A DNA stretch of 63,983 nt, filler included, from Reclinomonas americana ATCC 50394 (taxonomy: Eukaryota): NCBI GenBank assembly GCA_048213135.1. It is 6 parts of 5 records of this genome, joined end to end, with 100 filler letters (N's around TTAATTAATTAA, not from the genome) between each part and the next. Parts side by side here need not be neighbours in the genome. Positions count along the whole stretch, not along the records: positions 33,603 to 57,401 come from PS015224.1; 5 more parts are not named here. One strand, 5' to 3'. The translations under genes and the position numbers were made by a program. Of this stretch, positions 38,101 to 52,695 are shown one piece after another (the stretch's first letter is position 1; every line of letters begins with the position of its first letter). The notes under the pieces are model-generated. The model was given only the letters and a program-made list of their open reading frames with translations. It was not told the DNA's origin and made no database searches.

Positions 38101-41100
38101 AGGCAAGAAGCGGCTGTGAGAACAACAATATCATCGAAAAATTCGAGACTTCTAACACAAGGCACCTGAGAGAACGTGCCAAGCACATCCGCCGCCTGCT
38201 GATCGGCAAACAGGCAGTGGCAGAAGATGATAAACACAATGCTAAGCCACAATACCTGTGTCCGCTCGTCAGCGTGAGTGACTGAAGACAGAGGGAACGC
38301 AGGCACGAGACAAGAATGTCGCAACAGTGAGACGCTGCGTTCGACGGTACGGCTCCAGCACAGGTGTTGTCATGGGTGTGAGCCTGACGACAACAAAAAA
38401 TGACGAGTAGCACATTTTCCTTCAGTGGACACAGACGTGTGATCAGCACGAGTGGACCCCAAGACTCACCACGTATGGCTGTACTTGATGGAGTGATGCA
38501 GCTTGGTGGCTGCGCGCACAATAGGCCGCCGACTGCGGATCTGCGCAATCACCTTTCGCACAATACCTGCAAGTTACCGGCAGCGTTGTGTTATGTACCA
38601 TGAGGAAGTGACCTTGCAGAGTGGAGATACGCACCACGGAAACGTGCGAGGGCCTCGGCGTGCCGAGCCACCTCTTCGCGCAATTGCACTGCGATGTCCT
38701 CCTCAATGAGCACATTGGAGGCTCCGACGGCCTGCATCGGTGACAGCTCACATGTCAACAGCCAATCACTCCCCCCTCGCCAAAACACACGCCACACGCG
38801 ACAAACCAGCGACAAGCGTCGACCACCACCATAGGGCTGCTCCGGCGGTGCCAGCAGTGGCATCGCAAGACGGCTGGCGGTTACAGCGGCCAGTAGAGGC
38901 GACGAACTGTTTGCCGTGCCGGTGCTGTCCACCGACTGCTGTCGGCCGTGACAGCTGATCGGTTCAGGCGGAGACGAGATGCGGAGCGCAGGCTGCACGC
39001 GAGCGCACAGTCAGTGTCCTCAACGTCCAAACCATGGCAGCGCTGCTCGATGACTCACCAACGACGGGCGAACCGAATACTTTCTGTTGTTCACTTGCTG
39101 CCGAGGTCGGTCACTGTCGTCAACGTCGACCATCTCATCGGGCGGAGGAAGTGAACCGGGGATCATGCTGGCGTCGTCGCTGTCGCATGAGAAGGAGGAC
39201 TCGGTGCGTGGTGAATACAGTGGCATCTCGTTGAAGGTGACCACAGCGTCGTCAGCAGTGCCGCGCCCACTGGAGTTCCATCGTGCCGACCGGTTGAAGA
39301 TGAGCTCTGCAGACGTGAATGTCTCTCGTCGACGATGTCCACTGGTCGTGGAGCGCGCAGAACGCGGCGTCTCTTCGCCATCGCACACAATGGTCGGAGG
39401 TACCACCTGCTTCGCTCGCATATCGCCTACCAGTGCCAATTCGTCTGCGCGCTCGTAGCAGTCCTTGGCGCTGTCGGCTCTGTGCCGTCAAGTGTCGGTG
39501 AGAAGACCGCACAGTGCGCAGTGCAGCGCAATCACACTTACCGGATCATGAAGCTACTCGGCATGGCGCCTCGCGAGAATCCTGCTTCGCGACTCAGTGG
39601 TCGCATCAGTTCCGCCACCATGCTGCTAAAGGTGAATTTGCCGCGCAAAGCCGGCAGCTGATTCGCTTTCTGTTCCACAACCAGCAAGAGTGCCGTCAGC
39701 GCAAACTGCCAAGACTCTCTCGAGAAACACGACTTACCTCGTGATCCACAGTCTCCAGCGACATCTGGTGGCGAACTTCCTTTGTGCGCACTGAAGCCTC
39801 GCGCGTTCGATCCCAACGATGCAAGATGATCCAAGCCGCGATATAACACGCCTGCACAAGCGCGAGACACAAACAGTGTGTGATGCAATGGACGGTGCAC
39901 ACATGGCACGCACAGTGCGCAAATTCGACACGACGCAACATGCACAGCGCACAGAAGCCAGAAGGTGGGATTGGAAAATATACCGACGCTCAGACCCGAC
40001 AGGTCAGTCGGGCTGCACAATCGTGCAAGTGAGCCAACAACGCAACACAGCACATCTGCGTGGAACAAAAATGCTTACCTGATAACTGTCAGCTGCAAAT
40101 CCACGAGACCACCCATGTCAATCACAAAGGTGGTCAAGTGATTGCACTCGCACACAACGCCAGTGGTCTTGGCGTCAGGTGCCTACATTGAGAGCGCATG
40201 AGTCAGGAAGATGCGGGGGCGGCGGCGCACATGTGCAACACACACACACGCACCAACAAGTAGGAGTGGCAACCGGCAGTGTCCCAGCGACCGCTCGACT
40301 CGTCGTAGTACTTGCAGAGGTGGACCTCGGATGGGTTCGCAGTTTGCAGTGCGGAGGCATCGAATCGCGTAGACCACCCTGTCGTCCGTGTGGAGTTGGT
40401 TGGCTGGCACAAGCCAAAGAGTGGCCGCAACCCACGAGTGCGCACGTTGACTGCGTTGCCATACTGCCTTGCGCAATTGTCGACGTACTCGACCAGTCGG
40501 TTCTGCGTGCCACACAGACACATATTGGTGAGTTTATGGGTGCACGCGTGTGCCACAATAAGCAGGAGGTACTCACCAGCGGCTCTGCAAGGTCAGCCAC
40601 CGCAGTTTGATTCAGCGCCCCGAGTTGAAACGCAAACGGCTGTGACAGGCTGGCCACGGCAACTCCCGATCGCATCGTGGAGTCGGTCATGGTGAGCGAA
40701 TGGACGGTGGAGGCCACAAGACGGGCTCCACCACCACTGTACGGATTCGCCCCTGCAGTGTGCGCATCGCTTTCCGTGTTAGACATCGAAATAGTAGCCA
40801 GAGAAACGCCTGCAATCGTACGCACCGGTGGCAAACTTGGTGGACACAAACCCACCAATTCGCGGCACTTCACCGTACACGGCATCCGAAAACACAAACT
40901 TTCCCGTGCCTGTACAGCAAATATGTCAAGGTTGGTAGCTGAGCGCCTCTTCCAAGGCTATCACGCACCGGCAGTGTAGGACGCGGCAACATCCACCAGC
41001 GACGTGTCGGACGATTGCACGGATGCGGCATTAAGAACCAACACATCGCTGTCACCGGAGTCAACACGCGAGCCACCGATGGCAAGCTTGCTGGCGCTCA

Positions 41101-41704
41101 CAGATATGTTGGTGCCGTCGTATTGGACAGATTGCTGACGCAGTGAGACTGTGAGGTGACTGGCTACGAACACACAAGCAAGCACACAGGCAAGGCACAA
41201 CCACTAACCCCCGACTCAGAAAAGCGCATGGCAATCTTCTCGGCCACAGAGGCTGCAGATGCTTGAACCGAGCTCACCGAGGCCAGCTGATCGGCGACAT
41301 TAAACATGGACTGTACAAACACCGCTCGCACTTAGCAAAGAAGAAGAAGCATCAAGTTGTTGGTTTGACCAGTGGCGTACGAAACATGCAAAGTATCGGA
41401 GGTGGTAGCCGAGGGGACTCGCACCAAAGCACCCGTCACAGTGGTCAAGTTGGCAGCCACCGACGCCTTGTCGGTTGGCGAGAGTGCATCCATTCCACTG
41501 ATGGTCGATTTCATACAGCACCATAAATGAGCACGCACAAATAAACCCACATGCCTGGCAAGCTGCGACGCTTACCTGAGAAGGGTGCGAAGGCTGTCGA
41601 TGGCAGCACTAAGAGTGGTGGCCCCGACGCTGTTCATATCGACACCGGGAACTGCGCCGGCCATGGCTGCGGCAAAGTTCACCACTGCTCTCTTGCTTGG
41701 ATCA

Positions 41705-41738
<34 letters not shown>

Positions 41739-44700
41739 CGTCAGCGCACCAACGCAGCAAAAGAAATTCGAAGGATAACGTACACACCCCACTGTGCATC
41801 ACTGTTCCACGACTTGACTTCTGTCGGTTCCACCGGTGTGGTGCCAGCGAGAGAAAGCGACAGCACTGGGAGGCCGGAGGTGGACGAATTGGTAGCCGAC
41901 AGTGCACTCGAAGCCGCAGCGACAAACTGTTCCACCCGACTCAGCGGCTTCGCAGTACCGCCACTCGCCGGAGCCGCAACAGAGGTCGAGCCGGCGAGCG
42001 GTTGACTGTGCCAGTGCTTGTGAGACAACAGCTCACAAAGGTGACGCGAAGGAGCGCGGGATGTGAAGCGCAGCCGACCTCTCTGCTCCGTCACCGTCCA
42101 CCACCACTGCGTAGATTTGGAGAGCGTCTTGAGCCGGTAGCTGTGTTTGAATGCTCGACGACCGACCGACCGCCAGTACAACCTGCGTGAGTAGATTGGT
42201 CATTTATCACGGCATTTTCTTGGGCACGCTGCAGCGAGCGACTGACAACGGCACCTTTTGATTGGTGCTCGAGTCAACGTAGTAGAACTGGTACGTGACT
42301 GGTGAAGTGGCTGCCGGATCAGTTGGTGCAGTTACGGTGAACGTGGTGCTCCACGCCGTGCCCGACGTAGGTGAGACAACAACAGAGCCCGCCGGCGATG
42401 GTGGCCGGAGTGTTGTGAGTCCCACCGTCGTTGCACCTGTGGACATATCCGCAGTCAGTCAAGGTCGTTCAGCATGCATGAGCGTTGAAGAGGTGACAGA
42501 CCAATTAGCATGCCGTCCAGGTAAACCGACAGACGCAGAGTTGAAGTGGACGCAGGGGGCAGCGTGTTGGCCGGTATAACGACAGAGATGGGAAGACCCG
42601 ACTTGTCAGTGACCACTTGCAACTGCGACGAGGACACCACGGGGGCGGTGTTCGATGCGTCTTTGGTCACAAGGTACCCGTCAGCGACAGTCAGCAGCAC
42701 ACATTTTTCACACAGCGCGACACTGGTTTCACTCACCAACCACCGTGGCACCATACGTGAGTGCGCCCGACGTGGGCGGATTGCGCAGTTGTGCGGCAAC
42801 CGTGATGGCGCCACTCGGATCGAGTCGTGCACGGGAGGGCGCAGTCTGCGGACACACAGTGAGCGGTACACGCAAGAGCACTGCTTGAGCAAGCACACAC
42901 ACGCAGTTACCAGCAGCAGGGTGAATGCAATTGGTGCCGACGGCATGGCGCTGGCCGAGGTCACGCTTACTGAAACTGCACCGGTGGCGCGTCGCAAGCC
43001 GCGCGTGACTGCCACCGTGAAGGCGTAACTGTGCGCACACAAAGAGTGAATCACAACGCGCAAAAAAGCGCAAAACTGTGACGTACGCACATGCCAGGGA
43101 CCAGCGAGTCGCCGGCAAGAGTGACCGAGCTATTGTCGGCGGCCGAGACGCGTGTGGCCGAGGCCAGCGCATTCACGCAGGCAGTCGTAGCATCACCGCT
43201 TGACGTGCATGACCACTGGAACACTGGCGCTGTGGCCATTACGGTCGCATACCAACCGACGGGGTCGATCACCTGAGCCTGCAGTACAATCACCGACGAC
43301 GAGGCATACGAGCCACCTCCAGCCAGGCTCACTTGCAGGGGACGCAGTGCTACCACGGTACACAATAAGCGTTGATCGACGTCATGGACTAGACAAGGAG
43401 GCGATGTGCTGCAGCGAACCAAACACTTCGACAGTCCAACCCGACATTTGCACGGCCGTGTCAGTGACAAATCGAATGGTACCGACGCCGCCTGTGATAC
43501 AGCAGCAGCATCTGTGAGACAAACTGCGTGTTTGGCACAGACAAGCACCGTGACGGGTGGGCGGGACCTGTGATTTCGGCATGTCGAACAAGCGTGGAAC
43601 TGGCAACGGTTCCACTCCACTGCATTACGGGAGTGGCAGAGACGCTGCCACCACTGTACACCGACACCACGTCCTTGTTGACTTCCGTATCCAGTCGGAC
43701 CAACGTGAACAGCAACCCGGCAGTGCTGACCGACGACTCAGTCGAGGTGACTGTCCACCGACAGTCGCGCGTCGGAGAGTAGACACCCTGGGAGACTGTG
43801 GCCGCTCCACCAAGAACGACGCTAACAGCATTTTCATCGTCGCACGACGGTTTGACAGTGACTGTGCCAGATGCGTGAGCAAAAAATGGGAGAAGCGCAC
43901 AGAAACGTGGCGAGCGCAACTGGGAGACGTCGACAACGACCACTGGCCAACATTCTGATCCGTACGAAGGCGGCCAGCAAACGACAATGCCGTATTGAAC
44001 GGAAGTCCACGGACCACGCACTCTACCGGACTCGTACCGGTCATGGACCATGAGCACGCAGTCGACAGCGGAAGTGGCGTGTTCAGCGCCGAAGTCTGCA
44101 CCCACTCGATGCGAGGTGTGGAGCCGTACACGACGACAGATGGCGAGCTCGGCACTGCCCGCAACCGCGCAGATCCGTCCAGGTTCCACGAGACCACAGA
44201 AGCCACCAGTGTCTCCGACAGCTGCGTGGTAAACATATTTGACGCGACACAATCCAGCGAGTCGATGTAGGGCGTGGTGGTGGCCGCGCGCAGTCGCACG
44301 TACACGGCGTACTGTTGGTTGCTGTTGAGGCCCACCAGAGTGCACCTGTATGCACGACATGTGAGGTGCAGCGGGGGCGGCAGACATGTGCATCAAAAAA
44401 AACAAAGACACAAACTTTGTCGCTGTGGACGATGTCCACGAGCACGTGGTTGGCAACTGCGTCAGCGGAGTGAGGTTGTCAACAGCCAAGAAGAACTCGA
44501 AGCGCGGCGACACAAGCCCCATGGGCGGGGCAGTGCTGGCCAGCACCGTCATCACCGCCCTGTGACCACACGCGTTGGTGAGATCTCTGTTCTGTGGTAC
44601 TTATGGACGGAGACACGCACCCGTCAGGAGTCGGCTGGGATGCGACAATCGACGGTATTTGCGGCATCATGGTAGCCGCCAGAGGGGCCGTAGTCCATGG

Positions 44701-47700
44701 GCCAAACGCGGCCGAAGTGGACGTGACCAGGCGCACCTGTGCGCTTGGGAGTCAGTGACACGAGACAAGAGTACACCAGAAGACGGAGGAACGCATCACG
44801 AAACTCGCAGTTGGATGACGCGACTGCTACTCAGACCAACAACGGTGCAGGGAATCGGAGAGCCAGCGAGGGCCCACACACATGGGAATAGCGTGCTGGC
44901 GGTCACTCCAGGCGTACTGCTGTCCTCGATCTCAAAGAGCGGCACAACATGTGCCACCGGCGGCACAGCGCTGGCGCTCACTGTCAGTGAGATGGTGCTG
45001 GTGGTGGTGCTCACAACAGTGCTTGTGACCACTTGGAAATACACTGCAGCGGCGGTCGACATGGCAAAGCTTAGTCACGCATGCTCTCACTACTACGCGC
45101 ACACAACGGATGGCTTACCGTATCGTGCAGGCGAGGCCGCAGATGTCGTTCCGTACGTATCGGCTGTCTTGGCGCGAGCAGCAACCGCATGGATCCCCAC
45201 AGACATACCACTCACTGTGCAGAGAACTGGAGCGGCGCTGGCAGTGGACCACGCGCAAGGAGACACCAACGTCAGCGGATTGACCAAGTCAGACGACTCG
45301 TACAACTGGAAATTCGGCGTGTTGTAAAACAGCTGCGCGGCGCTACTTGGAGTCACTTGCACGACCACCTGATCAAGGGTCACATGGTGAGCAGCGCGGT
45401 AGGTGAGTGACCATTGTCGCGAGTCCATGACACACCCGATCTGGTTGCAGCGCATCGACAAGTTGCGTTGTGACCGTCTCGGTAAGGAACGGTGTGGCGT
45501 TGACAGTCGACGAAGTTACCTGCAGCACACAGCAATGAGACGACTGCATGGGCAAGTTGAAATCGAGGGTGGATATCGGTACACAACTGACGCAAACGGG
45601 CTCACGGTGAACAGCTGTGCAGCGAGAGCGTACGTGACACCGCCAGTGAGGCCAACAACAGTGCACGTTGTCGGATTAGCATCCGCCCACAAGCACGGAG
45701 TTGGCAACAGTGTCTGCTGCGTAGAGCCGACCCAGAACACTGTGTAGATGCGTGAGAGATCTTGATCGCAGTGCGCAAAGAGGCAAAACACACGCACAAA
45801 ATTGTGGTGGTCCCATTCCTGTGCTCGGCCCAGCAGAGGCGGCCACTGTCACCTCAACACTGATGACGAGCACCACGTGAGCTGCATTGACACTCTTACT
45901 GCACACGATGAGTGAGTATTTGGTGCATACCTCGATGTGGAGACAACGGCAACGCTCTGGATGCTGACTGTTTCCACCAACAAAGTTCCCGTCGCGGCGG
46001 ACGACACGGATGGCGACAACCCCGACATGGTGGTAGTGCGCAAACGGACCTATGCAAGGATGGTGACACGATTCAGAAGCATGGAGATAAGAATGGAGGA
46101 CACGGCGACAATCGGTACCGAGAATGTGATGCCGGTGGCTGCGCTGAGACCCGTGACTGTGCATGTTGAGGCGACCGCGGTTGCCGGCCAAACACACGAA
46201 GCCGGCGACGTCGTCAGAGGCACGCCCGGTGCGGCTACATCAACGACCTCAAAAGCCGCACCCGCATAGCCGCCCGGAGCTCCAACACTTGGTGTAAGAG
46301 ACAGATTGACACTGGTCGGAGTTCTCGAGCCAATCGACACGGTAATCGAGACAAAGGAAACTTCACACAGACACAAACACCACACGTCAGTCACGTGCCG
46401 GCGTACATGGAAAGGAAATGAACAGTACGCAACTGTACCGCGCTGCCGCCGAAGCCAGCGCACCCAGATTGCTGTCCGTCTTGACACGAGCGCCAAATGT
46501 GTAAGCACTGTTGCCGGCGATTCCCGTCACCGTGCACGTCACCGCCGCTGTGCTGCCAGTAGACCATGTGCACGCGGCGGCTGTGCCGAGCACCACACCC
46601 GGCGACGCCATGTCCACAAACTCGAACCGCGGCGTGGTGCCATATCCGACTTGTGCCACCGCACTCGGTGTCACTTGCAGCACCACCTGTCCACCCGCCA
46701 GTGCATCCACCACAGACACTGTCACCGTCTCCGGAAGCTGTGTGAGTAACGAACTGATGGTCGCACGCGGTCCAAACGCCGACTGTGTCGATGTCACCAG
46801 ACGAGCCTGCAAGTTCACTCGACCAACTCAGTTGATGAATCCAGCTTCCCCTCCACGACACTGCACACTCACCCGCAGATTGTACGTCGTGTTGCTGCTC
46901 AGTCCAGTCACCGTGCACACCGTCGCTGACATCGCAGTCGACCACACACACGCTGCCGATGTGCTCAGTGCCACACCAGGATTTGTCGCGTCGTCGACCT
47001 CAAACAGCGGACTCGTGTGTCCACCAGGTGCCGCGATCGACGCAGTCAGCGACAGCACCGCCGTGGTCGCTGTGGTGGACGACACGCTCGACGACACCGT
47101 TCCAAAATGAACTGCATGACTCCGATCAGCGGAAGGAAGGAGAAAAACAACACTTTCGGCACACAACGCAACTGTACTTGACGGCTGCCGAGGCCAGTGC
47201 GCCCAGATTGCTATCCGTCTTCACACGAGCGCCAAATGTGTACGCACTGTTGCCGGCGATTCCCGTCACCGTGCACGTCACTGCCGCCGTGCTGCCAGTG
47301 GACCATGTGCACGCGGCGGTTGTGCCGAGCACCACACCCGACGACGCCATGTCCACAAACTCGAACCGCGGCGTGGTGCCATATCCGACTTGTGCCACCG
47401 CACTTGGTGTCACTTGCAGCACCACCTGTCCACCCACCAGTGCGTCCACCACAGACACTGTCACCGTCTCCGGAAGCTGTGTGAGTAACGAACTGATGGT
47501 CGCACGCGGTCCAAACGCCGACTGTGTCGATGTCACCAGACGAGCCTGCAAGTTCACTCGACCAACTCAGTTGATGCATCCAGCTTCCCCTCCACGACAC
47601 TGCACACTCACCCGCAGATTGTACGTCGTGTTGCTGCTCAGTCCAGTCACCGTGCACACCGTCGCTGACATCGCAGTCGACCACACACACGCTGCTGACG

Positions 47701-50700
47701 TGCTCAGTGCCACGCCAGGATTCGTCGCGTCGTCGATCTCAAACAACGGACTTGTGTGTCCACCAGGTGCCGCGATCGACGCAGTCAGCGACAGCACCGC
47801 CGTGGTCGCTGTGGTGGACGACACGCTCGACGACACCGTTCCGAAATGAACTGCATGACTCCGGTCAGCGGCAAGAAGGAGAAGAGCAACACCGTTGGCA
47901 CACAACGCAACTGTACTTGACGGCTGCCGAGGCCAGTGCGCCCAGATTGCTATCCGTCTTCACACGAGCGCCAAAAGTGTACGCACTGTTGCCGGCGATT
48001 CCCGTCACCGTGCACGTCACTGCCGCCGTGCTGCCAGTGGACCATGTGCACGCGGCGGTTGTGCCGAGCACCACACCCGGCGACGCCATGTCCACAAACT
48101 CGAACCGCGGCGTGGNNNNNNNNNNNNNNNNNNNNNNNNNNNNNNNNNNNNNNNNNNNNNNNNNNNNNNNNNNNNNNNNNNNNNNNNNNNNNNNNNNNNN
48201 NNNNNNNNNNNNNNNNNNNNNNNNNNNNNNNNNNNNNNNNNNNNNNNNNNNNNNNNNNNNNNNNNNNNNNNNNNNNNNNNNNNNNNNNNNNNNNNNNNNN
48301 NNNNNNNNNNNNNNNNNNNNNNNNNNNNNNNNNNNNNNNNNNNNNNNNNNNNNNNNNNNNNNNNNNNNNNNNNNNNNNNNNNNNNNNNNNNNNNNNNNNN
48401 NNNNNNNNNNNNNNNNNNNNNNNNNNNNNNNNNNNNNNNNNNNNNNNNNNNNNNNNNNNNNNNNNNNNNNNNNNNNNNNNNNNNNNNNNNNNNNNNNNNN
48501 NNNNNNNNNNNNNNNNNNNNNNNNNNNNNNNNNNNNNNNNNNNNNNNNNNNNNNNNNNNNNNNNNNNNNNNNNNNNNNNNNNNNNNNNNNNNNNNNNNNN
48601 NNNNNNNNNNNNNNNNNNNNNNNNNNNNNNNNNNNNNNNNNNNNNNNNNNNNNNNNNNNNNNNNNNNNNNNNNNNNNNNNNNNNNNNNNNNNNNNNNNNN
48701 NNNNNNNNNNNNNNNNNNNNNNNNNNNNNNNNNNNNNNNNNNNNNNNNNNNNNNTGCCATATCCGACTTGTGCCACCGCACTCGGTGTCACTTGCAGCAC
48801 CACCTGTCCACCCGCCAGTGCGTCCACCACAGACACTGTCACCGTCTCCGGAAGCTGTGTGAGTAACGAACTGATGGTCGCACGCGGTCCAAACGCCGAC
48901 TGTGTCGATGTCACCAGACGAGCCTGCAAGTTCACTCGACCAACTCAGTTGATGAATCCAGCTTCCCCTCCACGACACTGCACACTCACCCGCAGATTGT
49001 ACGTCGTGTTGCTGCTCAGTCCAGTCACCGTGCATGCCGTCGCTGACATCGCAGTCGACCACACACACGCTGCTGACGTGCTCAGTGCCACGCCAGGATT
49101 CGTCGCGTCGTCGATCTCAAACAACGGACTCGTGTGTCCACCAGGTGCCGCGATCGACGCAGTCAACGACAGCACCGCAGTAGTCGCGGTGGTGGACGAC
49201 ACGCTCGACGACACCGTTCCGAAATGAACTGCATGACACCAGTCAGCGGAAGGAAGGAGAAGAGCAACACCGTTGGCACACAACGCAACTGTACTTGACG
49301 GCTGCCGAGGCCAGTGCGCCCAGATTGCTGTCCGTCTTCACACGAGCGCCAAAAGTGTACGCACTGTTGCCGGCGATTCCCGTCACCGTGCACGTCACTG
49401 CCGCCGTGCTGCCAGTGGACCATGTGCACGCGGCGGTTGTGCCGAGCACCACACCCGGCGACGCCATGTCCACAAACTCGAACCGCGGCGTCGNNNNNNN
49501 NNNNNNNNNNNNNNNNNNNNNNNNNNNNNNNNNNNNNNNNNNNNNNNNNNNNNNNNNNNNNNNNNNNNNNNNNNNNNNNNNNNNNNNNNNNNNNNNNNNN
49601 NNNNNNNNNNNNNNNNNNNNNNNTGCCATATCCGACTTGTGCCACCGCACTCGGTGTCACTTGCAGCACCACCTGTCCACCCGCCAGTGCGTCCACCACA
49701 GATACCGTCACCGTCTCCGGAAGCAGCGTTGTGAAGGCAATAGTAGCTGCGCTGTTGTAGCTTTCGGCGAGGGTACCGCCACTGCCAGTGCGCAACCTTG
49801 ACCTTAGCGAGTACGACGAGTTTGCCGTCAGACTTGTGACGGTGCACACAACACTGGATCCGTTACTCCACGAGCACGGTGTTGGTGACAGTGTCAGGGG
49901 AGCACCGGTGAGCGCCGAACTCAGGAAAAACTCGAATCGAGGTGTGGTGGCGCCCATGGCCGGCGAACCGGATGCAGCTACGTCAATGGTGGCACTGCAA
50001 TAGGCAAGTGTTAAAAATGGAGAGTAGAGATGGGAGTGGCTATGGAGCACAACTCACCTGACAGCCGTCGGCGTCCAGCTGTTCACCGTGACAGTCTGCG
50101 ACAAGAGCGTGTAGAGAGCGGTGGCCAGAGTTTGTGGACCCACGCCACTGTTGGTGGACGTCACCACTCGTACCTGCAGTCAATCGCACCCGTTCACCAA
50201 CAATTTCCTCTATCCCGCACTCGTGATGCAAGAGTACACACCGCAAACTGATAGGGTGAGGCCGCACTGAGGCCTGTCACGGTGCACGCCGACGATGATG
50301 CTGTGCCAGGCCAGGTGCACGGTGACGGTGAGGTGGACAGGAGCACACCAGGTGACGACGCGTCCTCAATCTCATATCGAGGGTTGGTGTGGCCACCTGG
50401 TGCACCGGCCGACGGCAACAAGCTCAATTCCACCGTGGAGGGGTTGATGGTGACAACTGTGGTGGCCACCGTGGCAAATGTGACTGTGCACAGGCGCAGA
50501 CGCATTCACCTGAGTGCAACGGCGACCAGTTGTTTGCAGCACGGCGGCCTGGTACGCAACTGTAGCGAGCGGTGGAGGTGGACGAGACCTTGCCGAGGGT
50601 GGAGTTCGTCACTACGCGCGCCTGATAGCTGACCGTGGTGCCATCGGTGAGGCCAGTGATGGTGCAGACGACGGCCGACGTGCTCACGGTGGACCATGTG

Positions 50701-52122
50701 CAGGCGCCGGAGAATGTCATGACCGTGTAGGGCGAGTTGGCGTCAAGCACCTCGAATCGCGGCGACGTGCCATATGAGCCGATGGCCACGGCGCTTGGTG
50801 TAAGGCGCAGCGTCGCCGCGTTGCCACTCTGAGCATCGGCAAACACCACCGACACAGTCTCCGACAGCATGGTGTAGAAGGAGGTAGAGCCCGTGGACCA
50901 GGCCGACTCGGAGAGAGTGGCACCGGCGCCAGCATCGACCGCCAGCCGTACCTTTAGCGTGTACGAGGTGCCTGCCGTCAAGGACGTCACAGTGCACAGT
51001 TTCTGTCCCCCAACCACCGACACACACACATGCATTCGTGAGTAATCGCACACGAGGGTGAACATTGACAGGAGCAATCGCAGTGACACACCGCGGAGGT
51101 GTTGCTCCACACACACGGCGAAGGGGAGGTGGTGAGAATGGTGGAGAGGTTGGTGCTCACGGCAAACTGCAACCGAGGCGACGCGCCACCGCCAGGTGGG
51201 TTGCCGGATGCGGTAGACGAGATCACCACACTGCAGGAGAAGGAGTGTGCGTGTCAGGCGACGGTGGGTGTGCGCAAAGACGACGACAACGACAGTGATG
51301 CATGCAATCAATGCTGCACCTGGTGATATCTGGTGTCGCAGCGCCAATGGTCACCGTTTGCGAGAGCATGGTGGTGGCGAGGGTCGCCCCTGACCACGGA
51401 CCCGTGTACAGGATGGCAGTCGAGCGTGCCTGCGAGTGCCCGTGGTCATCACCAAAAGAGAACGAAATCGTGAGCGGCCGAGGAGGACATCTGCTCACCT
51501 CGAAGGAGTACTCGGTGCCTGGTGACAGCCCGGTGACTGTGCACACCGACGGTGTGGCAGTCCACGGACATGTGGCGGGGATGGTGTTTAGGATGGTACC
51601 GGTGTACGAGTCACGCACATCGAGAGCCATGCTGAGCAACATCAGCAGCGTTGGGTCGCCGGCGTCGATGGTTAATTCTACGGTGGTGCTCGTGCGCGTG
51701 CCAATCGTGGGTGGATTGGTCGCCATGCGGGGGGCTATTCTTCGCAACGCGTCGGGCGCCGATGCTGCATGAAGAGGGCGGTGAGTGGGAGTGACGACCC
51801 GAAACGGTTGAAGCACCAAAGAACACACGCTCTCTCGCGCGCACACGCAACTGGCCTGAAATGCCGTTTGCATTGCACCAACGTGTTCCACTTCCTACAA
51901 CGATGAGGGGGGAGGTGGTGGTTGCCAGTGGTGAGTGAGAACAGGAAGAGAAGATTGTGTGCGGCAGTCATGCAATATTTTCGGCAGAGGAGAACCAACC
52001 TGCTGCTGCTGCTGCTCGTGCGAAGTGACGACGGGGATGACGCAGCACAGGGCGAGGCACAGCAAGAGAAGCAACAGCTCAGCCACTGGCACCGACTTGA
52101 ATCGGCTGCCTGCTGGTGGCAT
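35136..52122 (-). CDS. Giant polycystin-1-like membrane protein (signal peptide, FN3-like repeats, CUB, REJ, GAIN/GPS, multi-TM)
   Basis: Signal LLLLLLCLALCC. Repeated CTW...CTVTGL..Y modules. CUB DCRWTV...LDTEVNKDVVSVY...IRFVTD...SGW. REJ FQWSC...YAFTVAV, VSPTSGTAWSTTF. GPS CKYYDESSGRWDTAGC...CECNHLTTF. PKD1-like TM end DIFVTE/PLKLVL. Stop TAA at 35136-35138. Confidence 0.8.
46430..49725 (-). repeat. Tandem 739-bp duplication unit (two FN3-like exons plus their introns), at least 4 copies
   Basis: Near-identical sequence at 46501, 47240 and 47979, and again at 48755-49493 and 49624-49725 across N-gaps. Confidence 0.95.
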
Positions 52123-52695
52123 GGCGGTGGCGAGTTGTCGTCGCTGATTCTCTGTATTTTTCTTCTTTTGTTTTTGGTGCTGCTGCGTCCGGCAGGCGGT
52201 ATGTCCGTAAGATGCGTGGGAGCGCGCGTCTGCTCAGCAGCAGTTGTCGTCTCCTCTCTCCACACACACGCACGCTTGATGTGTGGCTCTAACTCCTCTC
52301 GCGATACAATGAAAAAAAAGCTAACGAACGCGGAGCGAAAAGCGAATGGCAATTGCCATTCCGGGCATGACCGCGCACCTCTAACGGTCGAGTCAACGCG
52401 AAAGGAGGCCTCGCCATTCAACGGGTTGTGCGGTTTCACAGAAAGAATCATTGACAGAAGCCGAGTGCAGCAAGGCGTGCACACGACACACAAACAAACA
52501 CTGCGGTGTGTGAATTGCTTGACACGAACAAATAGAGCAATTACACGGGCCATGGCCGGCCGAACCTTTGGTGATCATGCCATGTCGCCACCAAGCAACG
52601 GAGGCCAGAGACGGCAACAAGTCGCTCACCCACAGGATATCGCGATATCGTCTCGCAGTGTTCGCCACACACACACACACATTCATTATACTGCC

